NCBI GenBank assembly: GCA_030704615.1
Contig: CM060731.1
Location: forward strand, 94,860,001 to 94,924,000
Direction: 5' to 3'
DNA length: 64,000 nt
Source: Takakia lepidozioides
Lineage: Eukaryota; Plantae; Bryophyta
Shown here piece after piece: positions 24,136-38,600 of the stretch. Both the position numbers and the translations under genes were made by a program. Each line of letters begins with the position of its first letter. The stretch's first letter is position 1. The notes beneath the pieces were generated by a model. It was not told the origin of the DNA, did no database searches, and was given only the letters and a program-made list of their open reading frames with translations.

Positions 24136-26029
24136 GTCATAACCCTTATGGAGGTAATTCCTCATTCTCTGGTGACTCATCTGATAAAAAGAGAGAGGGA
24201 AGATACTTTTGTCATGTCAAGACAAGGACAAGATCCCTAGGGCCGTTGTCAGGAAGAATAAGAATAATGAGACATATCAGCCACTTTTCAGTGGCATCAT
24301 CCATCAATCACCAAGCTGGAAAATCCAGAATTACCTCCATGCACAATAATGTGTTCATGTCAGTAATCTTCAGAGTAAGTAAAAATACTGATTGACCACC
24401 AGTCATAATCAGGATATACATTCAGAGGTTTGGGTGGGATGGTGGGCACTTTGCCACACTTTGCCCTTAATGTGTTGCACGTCTTGATTTATCTTTGAAG
24501 AACAGTATGGTGCTATTTATGGTGGGCAATCTCTTCCAAGCAAATGGAAGGCCCCTGTTTTGCTGCAACAGCCGAGCCTATGGTGGTTTGTGTAGGACAT
24601 ACATCTGATTTTTGGGCCTTAGTTTACTTTGCCTACCCTCTGCTAAGTTAAACATTATACATGGGGGCTGCAATGTACGATTTACTGCAGCCACGTGGGC
24701 AGGTCCGTGATGGTAAAAAGCCCCCGTTGTGTTTAAATCTAGCTGGTCTTTCATAAGCTGCATGCTTAGGCCATGATAGGGTGGAGGTTATGCTTTGGGC
24801 CACTCGGTTGACAATGAAAAATGACAGCAATACCTTTGCCAGGGAGTTTAAATGCAACTACTCCTAGGCATGGTGTATTGACATGTGCGGATGTGATGTG
24901 GTGTAAATGTGATATGTAGGCAGTGTCATGTGTCATTTTTGCAAATCATATGCTTGCTTTGTTGTGTCATAAACCTTGATTTTCAGCTGAGGCAATGAGT
25001 AATGGCATAGGGGTGACCTGGAAATAAGTAACCGTGGATCGTTCCCTCCCCTTGTATGGGCAGTTAGCATAGTGATTCGTCATACCATGGCCCTGGGATG
25101 CAGCATATGGTGTGTAGTTGATGTGGAATGATAAGGCACCGATACCTGGTTTTTTTTTTTCAAGCTGTACTGCAGACGAGTTTAAATACATACTGGCAGG
25201 CATGATTAGAGGTAGGATAAAGAAAAACCATAGAGTAGTTTAGTTTTTCCACATTTTAAGATGAATCCATGGCCAACAACCACCTCCACAACTCTGCAAC
25301 CCACTTGGCATCCTGCAACACCTAGAATTCAGCATATTAAGTGGAAGCCCTTACATGTGCCCGTCCCAAAAACAATCACAAAGCATTGTGAGTTAGTGAG
25401 GATGCACGAGGTGAATGACAGGCTTCCACATTTGCTATCGAGGTCAAATACACTTGAATCTAAGTACAGAGAATGCCAAAGAAAGCAGGGAAGCAAGACA
25501 AACAGAAAAGAAGAAGATTTTTTACTGTTTGGGGGATGGTCGCCATCTCTCCACAAACCCAACTGTGTAGGGAGGTCTCCGCCAACACCACAACACTGCT
25601 ACCTTAACCAAAGCAAAGTCTTGCCAAGCACAAGAGCAAAAAAGAGCTTTGTCTCATAAGGTAGGGTTTATAAAGGGGGGAGAGAGACTTCCTTGTTCTA
25701 CCAAGATGCCGCCATTCATCAAAGATCCAGAGGAGGGCTTCTAGGGAAACTCCACAGACAGACAGGCGGTACCTCCGCCATCACTGCCTATGTTCCCTTG
25801 TGCAACAAAAAAACAGACAGACGAGACAGTGAATCTTCCCTCATCTCTAAGCCACCGCCATCGCCTTTAAGAGCCCGTAGAGGCGGCGATCACAAGAGCC
25901 TTAAACACTCCAGGGATTGGCAGCTCACGGTATCTGCAGCACGAGCACCATCGCCACCTCCAAGCCGCCATCGCGCGCACTCTCGCAGCGCAAAAAGAAA
26001 GACACTAGGGTTGCGCAGGGCTTTACCCT

Positions 26030-26360
26030 GTCCAGCTCGTCATTCATCTCTTTCTAGGATGAAAAACATCCACCAGACTATATACCCAACGGACGTTGTC
26101 CGTTTCTCATTAAGGGAAGATGAAAAACATCGGGTGTTCATCCTCTGCCTTGAACCCGACGGATGTGGTCCGTTTTTCATCTAGGTTAGATGAAAAAAAT
26201 CAAGGCTTTTTAATTCATTTATACCTGTCTTGATCCCGACGGATGTACACTGTTTCTCATCCAGTGTGGATGAAAAAATAGGTACTTCATAATCATCCAT
26301 AGGTATTTAGGTCTCGTCAGATAAAGTTATTTTTCATCCGGGTTGGATGAAAACTGACGA
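26030..26360. repeat. Second TTCATCC/GGATGAA cluster
   Basis: Shares CCCGACGGATG motifs with 23700-24135. Confidence 0.65.
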
Positions 26361-27436
26361 GAGTTTTACAATCAGTAGAGAGAGAGAGAGAAGACTCCGG
26401 CCGAGGCCGGCGTAACTAAGGGCCACTTCGCCTTGCGGCTACTGCCCCCTTTCGAGGGTGGGCCTTATATAAATATGACAGGTGTCCAAGGGGACACCAA
26501 GTAACCAGGGGTATGAGGTACCTCTGGGTACCTAGGGTACTTGAGGGTACCCAGGGGTACCGGAGATGGGGTGGATTCGAGTTTCCGCTTATTGGTTATG
26601 ATGGCTGTGAGAGAGCGAAGTGTCGTAAGGTGGATGTCTTTAAAACATGTATGGATGGAGGTGGTGGGGATTTTAAAATTATCTTGAAGTGTCGAGATAT
26701 TGTCGTTATGTATGCCCCCTCTGGTGCCGTCGGAGATGACGAGAGTGGGCCCGTGGCCCACCCTCGTCGACGAATAGCAAAGATAAGCGGAGCGTATTTA
26801 TGGAGCTTTTCGAGGATGGAGGTGTGCGGGATTACAATCAGTATATTCCGGATTGATATCCGGATAGCTTAGGATGAAAAAGACCTCATAGGTATTAATG
26901 AAAAAATGTCTCACCAGGAGATAATGATGTATTGTGGATGAAAATCATCCAGATTCCTTGCAACGCAATTTTTAATTTTTCAAAGATGGAAGTTGGGACA
27001 ACAATTCCATAAGCCCAGTTTCCAGAGGGAGAGAGAGGGAGAGAGAGGGAATCCCACCAACTAACCCCTGGTATGGCAGGGCGTTACGGAGTGAGTGTGG
27101 TATGCACTCACCTCGTAAGGGAGTGCATACCAGACTCCTTCTCCAAAAGGGTAACCTCTCCTGCTCATTAACAAATCCTTCGGAAGGTGTACCATAGAGG
27201 ATTATCAAGCTATCCCTTATTCAAGCTGGGTGATCAGAACAAGCATAATGAAATCGAGCACATTGTTGGGGTATGTACTAAGCATAGACCCCGAAAGGAA
27301 CTAGTTATCACAGGTGTAAGAAACCATGGTATTTACTTATTCTGGTTTTTTGTTCCACCATCACAAGCATATCTGCTTTGAAAGAAAATGACATACCATA
27401 TTTAGGCTATCAGAGATCACTCCCAAGTGCCGACAT

Positions 27437-27870
27437 TTTTGTGTAGTGCTACAAAGAGCGAAGCCACATCCAGGAGAAGCCAAAAAAGCATTTGAGCCGA
27501 AGACCAACTAAATTCTGACATAAGGCATTGGCTACAGGGATCAATTAGCAAGAGCAATGTACAGTGACCGGATCATGTAGAAGGTGTGTACATATACTCC
27601 AGTATACTGTCTTACCAGGGCCTAGCTCATGATATCAGCATTCAGGGGTCTGTTTGTGTGGTGCTATGAAGAGCAAAGCCACATCCAGGAGAAGCCAAAA
27701 AACATTTGGGCCGAAGACAAACTAAATTTTGACATAAGGCATTAGCTACAGGGGACAGTTAGTAAGAGTGATGTACAGTGACCGGATCATGTAGAAGGTG
27801 TGTACATATACTCGAGTATACTGTCTTACCAGGGCCTAGCTCATAATATCATCATTCAGAAGTCTGTTAT
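27437..27870. repeat. Tandem duplication of ~218 bp
   Basis: AAGCCACATCCAGGAGAAGCC...GGCCTAGCTCAT occurs twice. Confidence 0.85.
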
Positions 27871-30249
27871 GCCTTGTGCTTATCTACTCTCCATGCCCAA
27901 ATCATTGGTCTTGCTGGAAAAACATACCTGGTGTGAACCATGGTTGCATAGCTTGAATAACAGGGATTGGAGGAAGCAGGCGGAGCTAGTACCCCAGGTC
28001 TGCAGCTCATCAATCCATTCCAAAGTGATCTTGGTGGGGTTCTGCACAAAGGCTGGAAAATCAGCATGGTAATCAACGGATAGTGTATGCAGAAACCACT
28101 AAGCATACTGGACAATGAGAGAGGGAAGATACTTTTGTCAAGTCAAGACAAGGACAAGACCCCTAGGGTCGTTGTCAGGAAGAATAAGAATAATGAGACA
28201 TATCAGCCACTTTTCAGTAATCTAGGACAAAATTCTCCTCTAGTTTGTCCTATACTCCTTGCCATCCGTCCTACCCACAGAGCTCTGTTTGCAACCTTCA
28301 TAGAAAAATTTGCACTTTACTGGAAGGGATGGGACTCCAATTGATTAGGCGATTGGACACAAAGTGAGCTTTTTTGAGACCACTGTTTGGCTTGAAGGGT
28401 TGTTAAGAATTGTAGCAAATTCAAAACAATTTGGACAACAAGCTCTGACGTCTACATTTCTGTTTGCCGAAGTACAGTGACATCAAGGCTGTAGAACATG
28501 TCTATTGTCTGCCCAGCAAAAAGTGGTTATTGTCTTCATCTCATTTTAGTTTTTCTTTTCAAGGTTTTCATTGTTAACATGACAGCTTCCTTTATTTCTT
28601 CAAGTGTTGGAACAGAATAACAGTTTGTGTCAAGGCAGATGGGTTATGTCATGCATTAACCACAAGATCTGTAATGTAGCCTTACAGTTGGCTAGTCATT
28701 TTGAAGGTCATTTTAGTTCTTCAACCATAGCAGATGGTTGAGCGTCAAAAACCAGCGGTTTGCTGACATGTTCGGACACTATGTAGGGCAGGACAACTGA
28801 AAGAGGCGCTGCACATGTTGAACCAAGGGGTCATTTTGCTAGCCCGCCTCTGCCCTGCCTCAGCCCCGCTTTGGGCGTGGCCTACTGTTTGCGCGGATCT
28901 GGTTGCAGGGCATGGAAGCCTGAAGATCAGAGGGAAGGGGGATGCCATGCAAGGTTGGTGGAGGCATGGTTTCATTTGGTGCATGCATTTGGTGCATGTT
29001 TTGACAACGTCTCAGAAGGAAGATGTGCCATACATGGGACATCACCCAACAACATAGTTTCTATTGGTGGAGATGATACAGATAACTATGTCAATCCTTC
29101 CCACATCACCTTGTCATGCACCATGTCTGGTACAGGAGCAGGAGAGGAGGTGGAAGAAGAAACTTCAGCATTGCCATGAGATGGATCCTTTGTGAAGAAA
29201 AGTGAAGGCGAACCAGTCTGTGGATACCAAAGTGCAACCCAGGATGTTGTGGACTTCCACCTAAAGCCTGTCTTTGACGAGAAGTGGAGACTGATGAAGA
29301 GTTGTGGAGAAGTTCCTGCAGCTACTAGGGATTTAGAATCAACACCAGGGCCTCCAAGCAGATGTTTGGACATCTTGGATATGGATCTTACTGGCAGGGA
29401 GGAGAACAATGAAAACGGGGAGAGACCTGCGCTAGATCTTGTGAATGGGATGTTTTCTTGTGAATCTGAAATGCCTGTACAGGAGTCCAATGCTGAGTTG
29501 ACCACTCTGACGAAGACACACAGCAGAAGTTTGAATAGAGTCAATGTGTTGAAGCTACGGAGGTGTCCAACCAATAAAGGTCTCTGGCGCGTAGCTGGCA
29601 ACTCATATGCACCAGAGCGAGGTACCAGGCCCTCTGCTGACAGTGCTGAACCCTTGACACCTTCTATTTTTGATAGGAAAAGGTCTTTTGGTCACTGTTC
29701 AGAGTCTCTACAACTAGAGAGTCCAGATGACAATGGAAACTCTGCAGCAATCCCAAGTGATTCTTGTCCTCATGACCACAAGGAGATCATGGTACCTGAG
29801 GTGCAGGTTGTAAGCCTTGAGGTGAAAGACATATAGCCCAATTGTGATGTATCTTCAATGCATGATGTTATCTCTGATTCCAGAAAGCGCAGAAGAAGAC
29901 AGTAATTGAGCATTCCTTCTATAGGGAGGCCGAGTTTTTTTGTGGTGCATTGAGAAGGTGACTTGGACAGTTACTACCTCATTCAATCGGAGTTCGCTCA
30001 GATACAGGAGTTGGCTGCGCCTCAGATAAATGTCTTCCTGCATACAATGTTCAACTGTGAAACATTTGAAATAAGCCAGTTTCTAATTAATAAAGGTGTG
30101 ACTCAAGATACTAGCTGAACATAGTTGCCATGTGCCTGCCATATAAGCAGACATCGTCAAAGCATGATTGTTAGGAGATCTCTACAAGTAAATAGAACTT
30201 TACTGCTTCGATCCCATAACTTTCAAGACGTGAGTATGCTAAGATGTAT

Positions 30250-30893
30250 ACCCAAAGGTTGAAAAAGATTTGTTAATGTTGGCAGCTTCCTTCAGCCGCT
30301 CCCCCTCTGCACCTGAGCTCTTTTGCTTGCCCATAGAAACAAATTCCAGACATACCCGGCTCAGTTGCAACCAAGCCATTCACCTCAGTGAGCTATGTTC
30401 TACTGCATACAAAGACAACAACAGCAAAGACAAGTCTCTGGCAATCAGCTTGTCACTTCACTAGCACTATAATTCAGACCAAAACATCAGAAGCACACAA
30501 GTTTCTACCTTTTGGAACCTGCAAGATCAACCAGATTCAATCGTCCAAATCGGGTATTCATCACAGAACTGCTTTCCCACTGCATGGAATGAGGATTTGA
30601 CATAACAAGGTTAGTGCCTTCAAAATGCATTGATAGAATACAACCAACCGCATTCTGCTGGGAGGTGATTCTTCTTACACACTGCTTTGCTCCACAGTCT
30701 CCCTGCTCTAGACAGCAGTTTATTGACACAAGCACATGCTCAACAGAAGAAGGTTGTAATACAGCCACAAGCTCTTCAACAAAAGCCTCTACCGCATACC
30801 TTTTTTTCAATACTGCATGTGAACACACTGTGTGATCGACTACTCTCTCTGTTCATGTTGGTAGCAGCAACCTTTCTGTTGGAAGCCCCCTGA
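30250..30893 (-). pseudogene. Kinesin-12 (POK-like) motor-domain exons, degenerate
   Basis: GASNRKVAATNMNRESSRSHSVFTC | RFGRLNLVDLAGSKR | QKSSGAEGERLKEAANINKS. N-terminal motor exons not found. Confidence 0.85.
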
Positions 30894-32511
30894 TGTCCAG
30901 ACGGACTTCAACAATTAAATCAGACTCTGCCCATCTCCTTCCACCCCACCCACTTTCAGGTTACCAAACATCAACTCAACTTTGAACCACCAGTGGAAAG
31001 GAAAGGAACCTGTAGTAGAATATGAACAACATCCTGAACATTTTTGACTCCAACTTCTGTCAGGATCTCCACATACACTCCCTTTTTAGAGATGGGATCA
31101 GAACCGCAGCTCTTTAAAAACAAAAGGGAAGGGTGGTATCCATTACAACATGATAGAAATGCATGGAGAAAGACAAAGAGTACCTAACACGCCTGGCACA
31201 AGCCTCAAAGGCAATGGTCTACTGGCGTCACATAAAAAGACAGAAACAGAAACAGGCAAAAAGTATCCAAAATAACGTAAACCGTGCTTCTCACGAAAAT
31301 GCAAAGAAACAAACACATAGAATAGCAGCAACAAGTCAAAACCTCAGATACGTGAGAAAATGAGACATTGAAGAGCAATCTCGAGTGTGCAGTGTGGACT
31401 CTTTACGGAAGCAAGTCTGCTGGACATCTCTCTATTTCTCTCTCTCTCTCTCTCTCTCACTAACATAACCATACAAAAATATAAATGAAGTGTGCATCTT
31501 ACAGACATGGTGTGTACGTACAGAACAGCAATACTGCAGATAACTTATTGACTTCCTCAGTGTCTGACTTCCAAACTTTTTCCCATATGTGAACTAGTCA
31601 CTAATCAGCAGACTGAAAAGAAACATTGTTATATCCATAGGGCGCCCTATGAGCTTATGGGACAACAACAACAACCCTGAGTTGCTACCTGAAATAGTTT
31701 CCAAGCTTCCGCTCATGCGGGTTCATATGGGGCAAGAACACTTCTCCAAATTCTCTATTTCTTTCATGTCTAAATACACAGAAAGAAAGAAACATGAAAA
31801 GAAACATGAAATTTCCAGAAAAGAAAATTTCCAAGGGAGGCCCAAGGAGTCCAATGGACACAAGTTGAACACACATCACTCCTCAATCTATTTCTCCTGA
31901 TTTCCTTCTAGGGTTTTGTCTCCCCTTGCACCCTATATCTAGACCCCTCTTTCTAGTCTCTCAGCTCACCGACAATGAACTTCAGCCACATCAAAACTGC
32001 CGACATGTCTGATATTACCATACCTTAACAGTCGTGTTGATATGGTGTGCTATAGCCCTTCCTCCAGTGCATTGAACTCATCAGTTAGCTCCTTCCAGGC
32101 CTACATCAGGTGAATCTTCTCTGAGAAAAAATTGGCATTTAAGTGCATCAAAGCAGCAAACTGTTCAGGCATGCATGCTGGATGCTTGATAGACATAACT
32201 TCCTCGCCAAACACGTAATCTCTCCCAGGAGTGAGGGAGGGAGTGAGGGTGGGGATCTTTCACTAACACCCCCTGCAGGGTGCTTGCAGGTATGCCATTC
32301 TTCCTGCTCTTATTCTGGTTAGGAGCCTCCCTTGCCTCAGTCACATCTGGACTTGATTAGTCTGTCATCTTCTTGCACTTAATATCCATAATTCTTGGTC
32401 TCCATTGCAACAAAGACTCTGTTTGCTCTTTCAGTCCAACCACCAAGGCAAAGTTGCAATGGTTACCTTGGCGTTGAGCAAAAGCTATGCGCTGACTTCT
32501 TTTTTACATCA

Positions 32512-32680
32512 GGTGAAGGCTCTTGAAATACAGAATGTGGTGCAGTACTATGATCTGAAGTGTGACAACGTCCTGCTGGATCCTCTATCTGAGATGGTAT
32601 CTGACGAAGATTTTAGATAGTATACGTGCAATTCCATTTCGGGTTTGCATTGCTGACTTTGGTCAAAGCAAGGTCATTTG
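32512..32680 (+). pseudogene. Protein kinase catalytic-loop fragment
   Basis: YYDLKCDNVLL...*...CIADFGQSK. Confidence 0.65.
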
Positions 32681-32719
32681 TGCTTAGGTCCTAAACATGT
32701 TTCTTTGACAAAGAACTAG

Positions 32720-33065
32720 GAACCCGATCTGCGATTTCCGTTGTGCTTCATCAAGGTAAGTCGCACTACTGGAGTGATGCCCTCACAAAGGTAGTCTCTA
32801 TTCGGCTAACCTCAATAAATGTGCAGTGCTGCCATTGACCGACCGTGGGGAGGGAGGAGCAACCTCAAGTGGCAGTGGGGAAGCCAACAGATTCCGGTCC
32901 TTCCTTCCTACACAATATACCTTGGGTTGAGTCTTCCTCCAACTGTAACTGGGAAGCGCATATACAATCTAGCAAACGTAAAGCGTTGGGTCTCACTAAA
33001 ATTTTCCAGTGCAGAGGTATCAACTCTGATGTAAAAAAAACTATGCTTTGCCACGTTATTAGGCC
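32720..33065 (+). mobile_element. LINE RT-thumb fragment (same family as 48960-50166)
   Basis: IPVLPSY.YLG..SSNCNWEAHI...FQCRGINSDVKKTMLCHVIRPTL is homologous to 48990-49190. Confidence 0.7.
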
Positions 33066-34246
33066 TACCTTGGCTCCTTGACTCCTTGCGTGCTTCTAAG
33101 GCTCTCTCTCCATTTACCTCTCGACAATGTCTGCTCCAAGACCACTCTCCCCCTGTTGTAGCCGCGGGAGACAGTATTGGCACCACCGCCTGCGAGCTCA
33201 GAATGTGGATAGATGCCCACCCTCTGTGCTGACGCGGAGCCTGTGTTCACATGAATCCTACCAGACAAGGTGCTATTTATGCTTGTATTATTCGACTCTA
33301 CTGGGCAGAACGGAATACACCAAGAAATGTTTCCAGCACGTGTTCAACAACCATTGGATTTAACCATGATAAACCCGAACGGAACGAATTATCAAATGTA
33401 AAGTGTTTGATTCCAACGTGCCCGCGGATAAAAAGCTACCAAGCGAAATAAAACAACATCTCACAAAATTAATCCCCATCCCACAATTCAATTACCTCTA
33501 TGCCGATGTCATGCAATAATATTTATAGTCCTCCTTCTGTCTTACAATATAACATGGCTATCTTGTATGTGGGAGACCGTGATCAACCGGGGCGGCCTTA
33601 TTGTAGGAAAAAACAAGGGAAGGGCCATGGGATTATAGGGTTGAGGGTAGATTGCGGGGATTAAATGGCCGGCCGCGACATTATGCCGGAAGCGGCCGTT
33701 GCGTGTCTCTTAAATTGCAAATGTCGCCTTGGTTACATTGGCCCCAGCATTCACAATGCCCATAGAAAGAAGCTCATTTGCAAATTAGACAAAGGAATCA
33801 CCTTGAATCAATGCATATCCCATCACCAGGTTGATGACAGGCAATGACAAATTTTCCCACCCAAACACTTGAACAACCTTGGCAATGGCTTTGGCAACAT
33901 TGTTGTCTTTCACACCAATTTTGAGGATCTTTCTTTTGCATCGAGATCATGGTAACCAAATCGATTGAAGGGTTTCTAGGGGTAAGTCTTGGTCAGCATT
34001 TGTAGAACAAGAACCATGTCTTCCAACATTCTTGCCCTCGTACAAAAATTCAACAATCCTAGAGTCACTTTTTGAGTCACAACTTCACTAGAATCATTCC
34101 AAGATCACCACACCTCCAAAGGATTTTTTTCATGGATTTTTCATCGATCAATCATAGAAATAAGCTACATGCATGTACATGTACAATCAATCGAAGGGAT
34201 GGGTACAGTTATGTGCGAGAATTATTATGTAGCTTTGATTACGTAT

Positions 34247-34702
34247 CTAATCAACTTGAACACCATCATCTGGAGCTTCTTCGTCTTCATCAAGTTGCAA
34301 GTCTTCATGGTCATCGGAGTCATCGTCATAAATGGCCAGATCAGCAAAAGGCACATCTGAATCATCTTCCACCTCGTTTTCAATGTCGACCATGTCTTCA
34401 TCTTCTTCTCCAACATCCGCATCTGATGGAGCCTCATCATATAAGGTCCGGGCTGCATTCTCCGGGGCATCATCATCCTCTTGTACCCCCTCTACCCAAC
34501 CTTGGCCAACATCAGCATCATCATGACCAGTCTCTTCCTCCTCCGCATTTGCCTCGCCCCACGTAGATCCTCGACCATGATAGATACGTCTTCCTCTTGG
34601 CTTAGCATGCACAACCACCTTCCAATTTCCGCCTCTTGTTTTGTCTTCGGATAAGAAGCAGTCACGGGCTGCGCCAGTGATACCAACAGAGTATGGAGCA
34701 CT
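34247..34702 (-). mobile_element. CACTA/En-Spm transposase C-terminal (DUF4216-like) fragment with acidic tail
   Basis: ARDCFLSEDKTRGGNWKVVVHAKPRGRRIY followed by a D/E-rich tail. Cut at ~34702. Confidence 0.55.
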
Positions 34703-34756
34703 TGTCGCTAAGCCGAGCATATATGACCAGGGCGGGAACTACAGGTGTTCGCATAC

Positions 34757-34900
34757 CTATCACATCCCATCACAGCGTAACACAGCCTATCACAACCCAT
34801 CACAGCGTCACGCAGCCTATCACAGCCCATCACAGCGTGACACAGCCTATCACAGCCCATCACAGTGCCACACAGCCTATCACAACTCAACACAGCCTAC
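34757..34900. repeat. 10-bp-period CACAGC-type tandem repeats
   Basis: TCACAGCCCA/ACACAGCCTA units, similar to those inside the LTRs. Confidence 0.8.
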
Positions 34901-35636
34901 CGGGGTTACACAGTCCATAGGATCAGTGACAGGTGGACGTGGGTTAACATCCGGAGAGTGGCCGGCGGAAAAGTGGACGGAGGCAGGTTTAGAAATGGAC
35001 ACGTGGACGCCAGGGTGAGACACACAGCTGGACATGAATTGTAAGAACGGGTGTCATCAAGAAGGAAGACAAAATTGGCCGTCAAAGTTCCTACCCGACA
35101 CGTTAACCGAAATTTATTGTGGGCCCATTATTGCATACAGGGAAAGGGTAACGGAACCCTTTACAAGTACCGAAAAGCGAAATCCTTGTCACATGTGCTA
35201 TCCTAGTGGACAGTCCAGGGGGGAAAATCCACGGAAGGGAATTAAATTACAAAACCAATCACAGAGCCAACAGCCAATCATGAGCCAGAATTACCTGCAG
35301 AGGGTATTTTCTAAGAAGCAAGATCAAGAATTTAGAGAAATTATGAGCGCAAGAGTCGGCGTGGTTCCGAGTAACGGGCGTCTCGACAGGGGAGACAATC
35401 AAAGCTATAGCTTTGAAGCTATGGCGGAAATAACAGACTACACTCTCGCCTTACTACTTACGCAGTGGCACAAGGACAGACGAACGGAGAGTACATTTTC
35501 TCTAAATCGATACTTGCAAGCCCCACAGACTTACAAGCACTTACCCATTTCATTCTGTGCCAACCATACCTTCATGCTCTGTGCCCTGCAAGCTTTCCTT
35601 CAGCTGTTTCAAACAAAGCCTTTCTGTTTGTCTAGA

Positions 35637-38600
35637 ATGAAGAGAGTGAGGGGAATGGAGGATATCAGGGTGAAGAGCACGACGATACTGCAGAAGCAAA
35701 CAATTGCAGCACCGCAGGCAGTACAGCTGCTAAGGGAGTTGCGATTGGAAGGGCTGCTACGCAAGGATTGGTCCTTGCATCATCGGCAGTTCATGATACA
35801 ATTTCTTCAGAATTTTGAGCCTCGGACGGGAGTTACTCAGGTGAGGGGAGTAGATATAGAAATTACTCCCCAGTACCTGCAGCAATTGTTTGATTTGCCA
35901 TCAGGACATGTGGATGTGGATGAGCACAGGGCAAGATTGCGGATAGGAAATTTGTTCCAAGAAGGGAGTTTCTTTAAAACTCAAGGCTACGCTTGTACCA
36001 AAGCCGAGTATCCAGGGCTTAGAGAAGTTGGCCAAATCTTGAACGTTCTGTTTGCCATGAAACAGAACCAACAGTATTTGAGCAGGTCATTCACAGAGGA
36101 GATCCTGAAAGCTTTGAGGGGAGAGGATGTCGCTTGGGCGGAGTTAATGTACAACGGATTGGTGGACGAGATGAAGAGGTTACAGGGCACTACTGCTAAG
36201 TCTCCGATCATTGTGTCCGGTCCAGTCATTGCCCAAATAATTCTTGATTTTTGCATACTTGATACTCGGGAACGTAAGGAGATGGGAGTGTTTGAGGCAG
36301 AAACCACTGCAATTGAAGAGCAAGGCTCTTCACACAGTGAGGGTGGACTGGCAGGTTTCCCAAGCTCTTGTGCAAGATGGGGCACAGCAGCACAGAGAGC
36401 TGTTATTATTGGAAGCACAGCCTTCGGAAAGGGAAGAGGAAGTCACTTCGATACCACAGCCACCACAACCAATTGACTCAGATGTTTTGGAGGTTCCACA
36501 GTTAGTACATGCTGTGACATCACCCCCAATTGCTCTGGAAGGAGAAAGGTTGGACATTCCCACTACAGAGCAGGGCGTGGCCGAAATTGAGAAGGGTGAC
36601 CTTCTCTATGAAAACTCTGGCTTGGTAAGGGAATCAGTGATTCCAGAGGTGCAGCAGTTGTCCAGGGGAAACCCTGCTGTGCATGTAATACCCACACCTG
36701 TGACGGAGGTACCAGGGGTAGAATATCAAGACACTGCAGCACCAGTGGCGGATGAGATGGTTCAGGAAGAAAATCTGGTGGGGCAATGGCCTGAATGGTT
36801 GGTGAGGCATCACACTGTTGAGGATCAGGGAGAACAGCAGCAAGCTCCCCATGAAGACCCTCAGCAAGCCATGCTTATGAGTTCCATAAGCAGAACACTT
36901 AATTTGTTGGGCACTTATGTGAAATCCCATGTTCCATCTACCCAATTGGCAGCTTTGAGGGAGGAACTCATAAAGGAGTTTGAGGCTCGACTTGCCACTG
37001 AGTGTGCAAACAAGGTCGATGAGGAGGTCAATCTCAAGTTACAGCAAGAGTTAGAGGATACAAAAGCTGCTTTGCAGTTGGCCAAGGAACATTTGATTGA
37101 AGCAGGCCTCGCGTAGGACCAGTTGCACGAAGCACATAAGCAACAGTTATACCAAATGCAGGTGAAGCATGAGGGCAAGTTGCAAGAAGTGAATGCACTA
37201 CATACAAAGTTGCAGGCAGTACATGAGAGGATGACCATACAATGTGCTACACTCACAACTACTCTTGAGCAAACTGCATTAGAAGTTAACAGACAAGGGG
37301 AGAGATGTATGAAGGCAAAGGCAGAGACAGTCGTGCAGGCAAAACTCATTGTTGATATGAAGAATACAATTTGTCGCAATGAGAATACTTTCAAGCAATA
37401 TAGACAGGTTGAAGCTGACCAAGAGAGGTACATCCTGGAGTTACAACAAACGGTTATGGTAAATAGAAATAAACTCTCTGTGGCTAACAAGGCTTGGAAG
37501 GAAGCCAATAATCTGGCTGCTGCCTATGCGAGTTTGGTTGAACCTCATGCGAAGCGCATGGAGGCTTTACAGCAGCAGATAGATGTGTACAGGCTCATAA
37601 AGGAGCAGACTCTCAGGGGTGCCACACACAACTTGGTGGATATCCACCTTATGCAGGTCTGGTTAGCACAAGGGCCGGTGGAAGGCAAAGCACCACGGAA
37701 GCTCACCAAGGGCGAGATGAATGAGCTCAGATTGCAGGTGCAGAACATTGCCACAACTACTATAGACAATGTCTATAGTAGGATAGCGGAGTTACAGGAG
37801 GATGTAGAAGGCCTACAGACTCAGGTGGATGACCTGAGTTCAAATATTGACAAGAGAGTCTTTGTACTTGAGGAGCAGCTGATGGCTACTTATTTACAAG
37901 CCAGAACTCTAATTTTTCAGTCTTCTTCGCAAGGGGTGCAGGAGATGCCAGTAGTAGAAGGACCAGTGCTACCAATACCACAACAAATGACTGTGCAGGT
38001 AGCTGACCCTGTTGTTACTACAGCCACACCACAGCCTGAGGTATGGGGGGATGCTGCTTTTAACCCACCTAAGACTCCTGCTGCACGGGAGTATAGTCGG
38101 GCTATGATTATGCCCTTCAACCAAATTCCCATTGTGTTGGATTTGGCTTGGAAGGAATTTAGTCCTCCACAGTCGTTGGCACATTACTACCAGATCATGC
38201 GCATTTGGCTGCCAGTGGCAACTAGGACTAAGGTTCTTCCAAACAATCGACCCATTGAGGATCATCACTTTGCGAGGTACTGGTCTGAAGCAAGTACCAT
38301 GTTGAAGGAATTAATTGCCTTCCAAGTTGTACATGGGTACATTTATACCAAGACCAAAGAGGTAGCAAGTATTGTCATGGGCTGTGGATTATACTATGCT
38401 GCTTGTTTTCTGGCACGTTATCACATTGAGCAACAGAGGATGCAATCGCGATTTCTGAGTTATTCCAGTGGGAATCATTGGGTCTTACCTTCAGTGCCAC
38501 ATCATATGTACCTATATGAAGCAAAAGTTATGATGCAAAAGGATTCCCAACTTCGTTCATGGTTTCATTCGGCCTGGAATAATTTGACAACACAGAAATT

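Noticed and set aside
27098-27132. 12-bp-stem hairpin TGGTATGCACTC...GAGTGCATACCA
   Set aside because: Isolated, with no supporting context such as a Helitron CTRR end or RNA gene features.
29192-29836. 214-aa ORF
   Set aside because: Low-complexity, exon-like frame with no recognisable domain or gene context.
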